This document shows, piece after piece, positions 58,981 to 64,000 of a DNA stretch of 64,000 nucleotides. Where the stretch lies: NCBI GenBank assembly GCA_041746715.1, contig JBGTGN010000032.1, forward strand, positions 468 to 64,467, in the 5' to 3' direction. The translations under genes were made by a program, and so were the position numbers. Under the pieces are notes generated by a model. It had not been told where the DNA came from. It did no database searches and saw only the letters and a list, made by a program, of their open reading frames with translations. The stretch comes from Pirellulales bacterium. Its GTDB lineage: Bacteria > Planctomycetota > Planctomycetia > Pirellulales > UBA1268. The stretch's first letter is position 1. The number at the start of each line of letters is the position of its first letter.

Positions 58981-60215
58981 ATCGTGTGTGCCTCGCGTCG
59001 TTGGTTGCGACGATCATGATGATGGGCACGGCTGCTCCTGGCCAACTCAGAGCCGAGCCGCCAAGCGATATCGCGGCATCCAATATCGCCCCTGCCGACG
59101 CCTGGCGGACCGCTCGCGGCTGCCTGGCGGGCACAGGCCGATCAGCCACCACTCTCATACTGCCCCTCGCCGAAGGCTGGCGACGGGATTTCGAGAAGGC
59201 ATCGTTTGCTGCCGTGCCCGTCATTGCCGATGGCGTCGTGTACCTGGGCGATCTCGACGGCCATTTTCATGCCCTCGATCTGGCCACGGGTAAGACCGTT
59301 TGGACGATCGAGACACAGAACTCGGGATTTCCGTCGTCGGCAGCGGTCGCGGATGATCCCGCGCTGCCGCTCGTTGTGGGCGACGACATGGGCCTCGTTC
59401 GTGGACTCGACCGACAGACGGGCGAGATCCGCTGGAAGTATGCAACCGATGGCGAAATCTCCGGCGGCCCGACGATCCTGCCGACGGCCGACGGCCCCAA
59501 AGCCCTCGTCGGCTCGCAAGACGCGTCGCTCTCCTGCCTCGATCTGGCCACGGGGCGGCTCGTCTGGAAGCACTCGATCGCTGACCAGATTCGCTGCGGC
59601 CCTACGGTGGCCCGCCGCGCGGACGGTGATCGGGTCTTCCTCGCTGGCTGCGACGGGCGGCTCCATGTGATCGATGCCACGACCGGCGAGGAGAAATCAT
59701 CCGTGGAGATTGGTGGGCCAACCGGCACCACGCCCGCGGTCGCTGGAGATCTCACGTTCTTCGGAACGGAGGGGGGCGGCTTCTTCGCTATCAACTTCAT
59801 GACCCCGGCCGTGGCCTGGAGGCATCAGCCGGCTGCCGGTGGCCATGCCTACCGCTCGAGTGCTGCGGTTGCAGACAACCTCGTGTTCGTGGGCACCCGC
59901 GGCCGAGCCGTCGAGGCATTTGCGGCCGCGAATGGCACACAGGTCTGGCGGCGGCCCATGCCGGGCCGGGTCGATGCCTCGCCGGTCGTCGTCACCGCCA
60001 CGGGCAGCGACGCCAATCCCGAAACGCCGGCGAGGGGTGTCGTCGTAGTCGCCGATTCCAAAGGCACGATCGCCGCGGTTGAAATGGCCAGCGGCGAACC
60101 GGCCTGGCAGTTCGAGGCCGGCGGGAGTTTTTCGGCCGGGCCATCCGTTGCCTCGGGTCGGGTCGTGATCGCCTCCGACGATGGCACGATCTGGTGTTTT
60201 CAGCCCGGCCCCTGA
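58977..60215 (+). CDS. Exported PQQ-like beta-propeller repeat protein
   Basis: It has a signal peptide and reiterated blades: DGHFHALDLATGKTVW, GLDRQTGEIRWKY, CLDLATGRLVWKH, VIDATTGEEK, AANGTQVWR and EMASGEPAWQF. The start overlaps the ADH stop (ATGA). Confidence 0.82.
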   Translation: MNRVCLASLVATIMMMGTAAPGQLRAEPPSDIAASNIAPADAWRTARGCLAGTGRSATTLILPLAEGWRRDFEKASFAAVPVIADGVVYLGDLDGHFHALDLATGKTVWTIETQNSGFPSSAAVADDPALPLVVGDDMGLVRGLDRQTGEIRWKYATDGEISGGPTILPTADGPKALVGSQDASLSCLDLATGRLVWKHSIADQIRCGPTVARRADGDRVFLAGCDGRLHVIDATTGEEKSSVEIGGPTGTTPAVAGDLTFFGTEGGGFFAINFMTPAVAWRHQPAAGGHAYRSSAAVADNLVFVGTRGRAVEAFAAANGTQVWRRPMPGRVDASPVVVTATGSDANPETPARGVVVVADSKGTIAAVEMASGEPAWQFEAGGSFSAGPSVASGRVVIASDDGTIWCFQPGP

Positions 60216-60314
60216 CGGGCGGCGGAAAACTCCCCCCTGCTCCGCCAACTGTCAGATCGGCTTTTCCCTGCATTTCTAGCATGTTTCGTGCCGATTCCGC
60301 TGGCAAGAACCAAA

Positions 60315-60332
60315 CTACGGTTGGAACCGTAG
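60315..60332. repeat. Perfect 18-bp palindrome CTACGGTTGGAACCGTAG
   Basis: Read directly from the sequence. It lies 100 nt after the propeller gene stop and 72 nt before the DksA/TraR start. Confidence 0.9.
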
Positions 60333-60403
60333 TATTCGCTGCAACCATGCTTTGAAGCCAGCTCAGGGGTGGGCTTCCGGCGCGGGTGAAAGGAGCGGCA
60401 ACG

Positions 60404-60814
60404 ATGGCTCGGAAAGACGCGCTGGTGAATATGCGGGCGATCCTCGTCAAGCGGCGGGATGCGCTTCGGAGCGCCCTCGCCGGCGATTTGACGCTCCTCA
60501 AGGAGCTGCGGAGCGAATCGCCCGGCGACATCATTGATGCGGCGTATGACTCGGCCCAGGACGAAATCAGTTCGCAGTTGGCCGAAGTCGAGAGCCGGGA
60601 GTTGGCATCGATTGAAAACGCCCTCGAGCAAATGAAGGCGGGAACCTACGGCCAGTGTGAGGTGTGCGGCGGCCGGATCCCGATGGCCCGGCTGGACGCC
60701 CTCCCATACGCGACCATGTGTATCAGTTGCCAGCGTGACATGGAACGTTCCGGTGATACCGGCTTCGGCCGAAGGGTGACCGAAGAGTCAATCGGCAGCG
60801 AACTGGAATACTAG
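60404..60814 (+). CDS. DksA/TraR family C4-type zinc finger protein
   Basis: ATG 60404 lies 8 nt after AAAGGAG. A coiled-coil region is followed by CEVCGGRIPMARLDALPYATMCISCQ. Confidence 0.86.
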   Translation: MARKDALVNMRAILVKRRDALRSALAGDLTLLKELRSESPGDIIDAAYDSAQDEISSQLAEVESRELASIENALEQMKAGTYGQCEVCGGRIPMARLDALPYATMCISCQRDMERSGDTGFGRRVTEESIGSELEY

Positions 60815-60868
60815 GCGTCCCTCTGGGTATTCTCGCAGGACGTGGTTTTACCTTCTGCGGGGTGCCCC

Positions 60869-62065
60869 ATGGTCGTGCCGACCGTCCGTGTCTGTTTTCG
60901 TGCTGTGGCCTGGCTGTGGGTTCCCTTCGCACTGAATGTGCTTCCGGGGTATCTCCAGGCTCAAGACTCGGCGCGGCTGACTCCAATCGAGGCGACGAGC
61001 CGCCCGGATGATCGCGTTGATCCCATGCGTCCGGCCCGGCTCACTGCGGCCGAACGAGAGCGGCTCTTCGAGCAGGCCGCGCGGGACGCGGCACCGCTCG
61101 AACGACAGGCGATGCAACTGCGGCGGCTCTCGGATCTCCTGCGGCCATCGGTCATACACATCGACGCGACGAAGCGTCTCAGCAGGCCACGGGGTGGCCG
61201 TACGACCGAGAGCGAGGCCGGATCCGGCGTCATCGTCGAAATCAAGGGCCGCACCGTCGTCATCACCAACCGTCATGTCATCGACGGCGCTGAGCTTGAT
61301 AACATCACGATTCGGCTAGAAGACGGCCGCGAACTGCGGCCGCGTCGGTCCTGGTCCGACATCGGCACGGACCTGGCGGTGCTTGAACTGGTGGCCGATG
61401 ACCTCGAGCCGGCGCGGCTTGCTCGCGGTGACAGCCTCAAGATCGGCGACACCGTCCTTGCGATCGGCAGTCCGTTCGGGCTGGCCCACTCGGTAACGCT
61501 CGGCATCGTCTCTGCCAAGGGCCGTCGCGATCTCGAGCTCGGCGAAGGGGCCGTTCGCTTCCAAGACTTCATCCAGACCGATGCCGCGATCAATCCTGGC
61601 AACAGCGGCGGCCCACTCGTCAACCTTCGCGGGGAAGTGGTGGGTGTCAACACCGCCATCGCCAGCAACTCCGGTGGTAGCGAGGGCATCGGCTTTGCCA
61701 TTCCTGTGACGATGGTGCAATTCGTGGCCGAGCAGCTCGTCGAGCACGGAACAGTGACACGTGCCTACCTCGGTGTTGCCCTTGACCGTGAGTTCACGCA
61801 GCCGGAGGCCCACCGTCTCGGCATGGTGCGGCCGGTGGGCGCTCGGGTGGAGGGCGTCACGGCCGGCGGCCCAGCCGCGAAGGCTGACATCCGATTGAAT
61901 GACGTAATCCTCGAGTTTGACGGCACGCCCATCGACGACGATGACCACCTCATGACCGTCGTGGGCATGACAGCCGTGGATCGATCCGTGAAAGTCGTGA
62001 TCTTTCGGAACCGAAAGAGTATGGACCTTACGATCCCCGTCGCCCGGCGCAGCGACTTCGAGTAG
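60869..62065 (+). CDS. HtrA/DegP-family serine protease with PDZ domain
   Basis: The catalytic triad contexts are TNRHVI (His), DLAVLEL (Asp) and GNSGGPLVN (Ser). A C-terminal PDZ follows (GARVEGVTAGGPAAKADIRLNDVILEFDG). The start is either ATG 60869 or GTG 60842. Confidence 0.88.
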   Translation: MVVPTVRVCFRAVAWLWVPFALNVLPGYLQAQDSARLTPIEATSRPDDRVDPMRPARLTAAERERLFEQAARDAAPLERQAMQLRRLSDLLRPSVIHIDATKRLSRPRGGRTTESEAGSGVIVEIKGRTVVITNRHVIDGAELDNITIRLEDGRELRPRRSWSDIGTDLAVLELVADDLEPARLARGDSLKIGDTVLAIGSPFGLAHSVTLGIVSAKGRRDLELGEGAVRFQDFIQTDAAINPGNSGGPLVNLRGEVVGVNTAIASNSGGSEGIGFAIPVTMVQFVAEQLVEHGTVTRAYLGVALDREFTQPEAHRLGMVRPVGARVEGVTAGGPAAKADIRLNDVILEFDGTPIDDDDHLMTVVGMTAVDRSVKVVIFRNRKSMDLTIPVARRSDFE

Positions 62066-62079
62066 CGCAGCGACCTCGG

Positions 62080-63030
62080 TCAGGTGGCATCACCCGCCTC
62101 TGCCAGGCCTCGCAAGACACAGTCCTGCACCGCTGCTGCGTCGCATGCCACGAGGAGATCGGCGTTGGGGTGCCCGCTACGGTTGGTACGACGATCGACC
62201 ACGAGCATGCCCGTCGTCAATTCACCGGCCGTCTCGACATCCGCGACGACCGTCTCTCTCTCGAAGAGCTCGGGGTTGGTCACGGCGACAAGTGCGGCAA
62301 CGTCATGGAGCCGGATGCCTTCGCTCCCAAGCAATTGCCGCCACGCCCGAAAACTGCTCGCGATCATGGGCCGAAGCATCGTGCCGACCCGCGTGAACTC
62401 CCGGGGCAGGCGGTTCAAGAAGTCGAAGCCATAGATTACCTGCCCTGTTGTCTCGAGCGGCACGATCGTTTTGGTGACCGGCTCGCGGACGACATGACGC
62501 GCCGAGACGGGGTCGGATGCGAAGTTGAAATCGGCCGTTGGGGTGGCATCGCCTGTGGCGTGATGAGTCCCACCGCAGATGACGATGTCACCGATAATCT
62601 CGGCGATTCCGGGATCCCGCTGAAGGACACGTGAGATGTTCGTGGGCGGGCCAAGGGCGAGAATCGTCACCTCACGTGGATGGGCCTTGATCGTTTCCCA
62701 AATCACCTTTTCCGACGGATGTCCACCGTGAAGCGGCACCCGGGGAAGATCGAGCCCACCGAGCCCGTCAGCGCCATGCACGCTCGCCCGTCGAGGTGCC
62801 CAGGGCGACTCGGCCGCAGCCGCACCGATCCGGGGGAGGCGCGGCGGATCGAGGAAGGAGACGAGGGCCTGAAGATTGGCGGTTGCCTGGTCGGCGGAGA
62901 CGTTGCCCGCAACCGCCGTGACGGCAAGCACCTCGAGTCGCGGGTCAAAGAGCGCCATCGCCAGGGCCGTGGCGTCATCGATCCCAGGGTCGCAGTCAAT
63001 AATGATCTTGCGGGGGACGGCGGGTGCCAC
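62080..63030 (-). CDS. Nucleoside hydrolase (inosine-uridine preferring family)
   Basis: 316 aa. The N-terminal Asp cluster is KIIIDCDPGIDDATALAMAL, followed by VAGN and a HDV-containing C-terminal region. Confidence 0.9.
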   Translation of the reverse strand: MAPAVPRKIIIDCDPGIDDATALAMALFDPRLEVLAVTAVAGNVSADQATANLQALVSFLDPPRLPRIGAAAAESPWAPRRASVHGADGLGGLDLPRVPLHGGHPSEKVIWETIKAHPREVTILALGPPTNISRVLQRDPGIAEIIGDIVICGGTHHATGDATPTADFNFASDPVSARHVVREPVTKTIVPLETTGQVIYGFDFLNRLPREFTRVGTMLRPMIASSFRAWRQLLGSEGIRLHDVAALVAVTNPELFERETVVADVETAGELTTGMLVVDRRTNRSGHPNADLLVACDAAAVQDCVLRGLAEAGDAT

Positions 63031-63169
63031 GGCAGCAGACTTTCTGGATCGGTGACTGGTTCAGAGTATGCGTCATGATCCTACCTGACACTCCGGCGAC
63101 TGGCACCAGCGAACCAATCCCGGCTGCCTGTAGAATCGGGATTTTCCTCCGCCGGATGCTCCGCACGCC

Positions 63170-64000
63170 ATGCCCCCTTTCCCCGATCTTTTAGAACGCA
63201 CGGCCGCCCTGACGCAGGGCGAGCGAATGATGGAGGACGACGTCCGCTCGCTTGTCGATGGCGTTCTCGCGGGTGATGTCGATCTCGAGTCCTTTGGCCG
63301 GTGGCTTCTCGCGCTCGCGGACGCAGGCGAATCCTCCGTGGAAATTGCCGGCGTGGCGGCGGCCCTTCGCGGGCGGATGCTCCCGCTCGATGCGGGCCTT
63401 CCAGCGGGCACCGTCGTGGCCGACACCTGTGGTACGGGTGGCGACGGCTCGGGCTCGTTCAATATCTCCACGGCGGCGGCGATTGTCGTGGCCGCAGCGG
63501 GCCAACCGGTGGCCAAGCATGGCAATCGCGCGGTGTCGAGTCGCACGGGATCGGCCGACGTGCTCACGGCGCTCGGAGTGCAATCCGCTCCATCGGTGGA
63601 GACGGCTGCTCGCTGCCTGCGCGAGCTCGGCCTTTGCTTTTGTTTTGCGCCGGCTCACCATCCTGCGATGGCTCGCGTGGGGCCGCTGCGACGATCCCTC
63701 GGCCGGCCAACCGTGTTCAACCTTGTCGGTCCGCTCTGCAATCCCGCGGGCGCAAACGTACAGGTGATCGGCGTAGGCCGCGGCTCGGCCGTCGAGCCGA
63801 TGGCCGATGCGGCGAGGAGGCTCGGGGCCACGCGAACGCTCATCGTGTCGGGCTCCCTGGCGAGGCAGGCCGGTGGACCATCCCCAAAGCCGTTTGACGA
63901 GGTGAGTCTCTTTGGGCCAACGGATGTGATCGATGTCGCGCACGATCGCGTGGATCGCTATGAATGGACGCCAGAGGATTTCGGGGTCGTGGCGCTTCCA
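63170..64000 (+). CDS. trpD: Anthranilate phosphoribosyltransferase (3' end outside window)
   Basis: This frame is absent from the ORF track because it runs off the window. My translation from ATG 63170 gives DTCGTGGDGSGSFNISTAAAIVVAAAGQPVAKHGNRAVSSRTGSADVL and FCFAPAHHPAM. Confidence 0.88.
   Translation, partial: MPPFPDLLERTAALTQGERMMEDDVRSLVDGVLAGDVDLESFGRWLLALADAGESSVEIAGVAAALRGRMLPLDAGLPAGTVVADTCGTGGDGSGSFNISTAAAIVVAAAGQPVAKHGNRAVSSRTGSADVLTALGVQSAPSVETAARCLRELGLCFCFAPAHHPAMARVGPLRRSLGRPTVFNLVGPLCNPAGANVQVIGVGRGSAVEPMADAARRLGATRTLIVSGSLARQAGGPSPKPFDEVSLFGPTDVIDVAHDRVDRYEWTPEDFGVVALP

Overview
GC-rich, almost gap-free coding window. I call 56 CDS, two of them cut by the window edges. I saw no rRNA, tRNA, CRISPR array, transposase or integrase. 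Gene content suggests the core chromosome of a Planctomycetota-type bacterium: a DUF1559 prepilin-like protein, a TIGR03067-like domain protein, a formylglycine-type sulfatase, a sulfotransferase, exported FG-GAP, HEAT and PQQ-propeller proteins, and futalosine-route menaquinone genes.

Gene order, left to right:
- accB (partial), accC, and a PPi-type phosphofructokinase
- hisD-hisC-hisB on the minus strand
- two orphan proteins
- glyQS with an overlapping TIM-barrel isomerase-like gene
- a ComB-like phosphatase divergent from menG/ubiE-ubiX-ubiA (late futalosine steps), then TerC and a MqnE/MqnC-type radical SAM enzyme
- a long minus-strand string: priA, a sensor kinase with a CxxCH motif, rnhA, recG, the TIGR03067-like protein, sulfotransferase
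- nadD
- the DUF1559 three-gene string
- a second kinase, a TlpA-like thioredoxin, and clpX
- a two-module Asp-box exported protein
- holA and purB
- a sulfatase, an HExxH protein, and fur
- a small flagellar island, flhA-fliA-flgM, without flhF/flhG
- the string oxidoreductase-HEAT-FG-GAP-mnmG-glycosyltransferase
- a minimal SNF2 ATPase coupled to an unknown protein
- a five-gene operon: unknown protein, LuxE/PaaK-like adenylating enzyme, LuxC-like ALDH, Fe-ADH, exported beta-propeller
- a DksA/TraR protein, an HtrA protease, a nucleoside hydrolase, and trpD (partial)

The two most unusual loci are the LuxE/LuxC-like acid-to-alcohol operon (54579-60215) and the divergently transcribed unknown-protein plus SNF2 pair (52052-54336). 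Neither can be called a novel system from sequence inspection alone. Most of the window is ordinary housekeeping DNA.

The many long, Arg-rich ORFs antisense to real genes are treated as GC-driven artefacts. All start sites are inferred by eye from Shine-Dalgarno motifs, stop/start overlaps and family N-termini.
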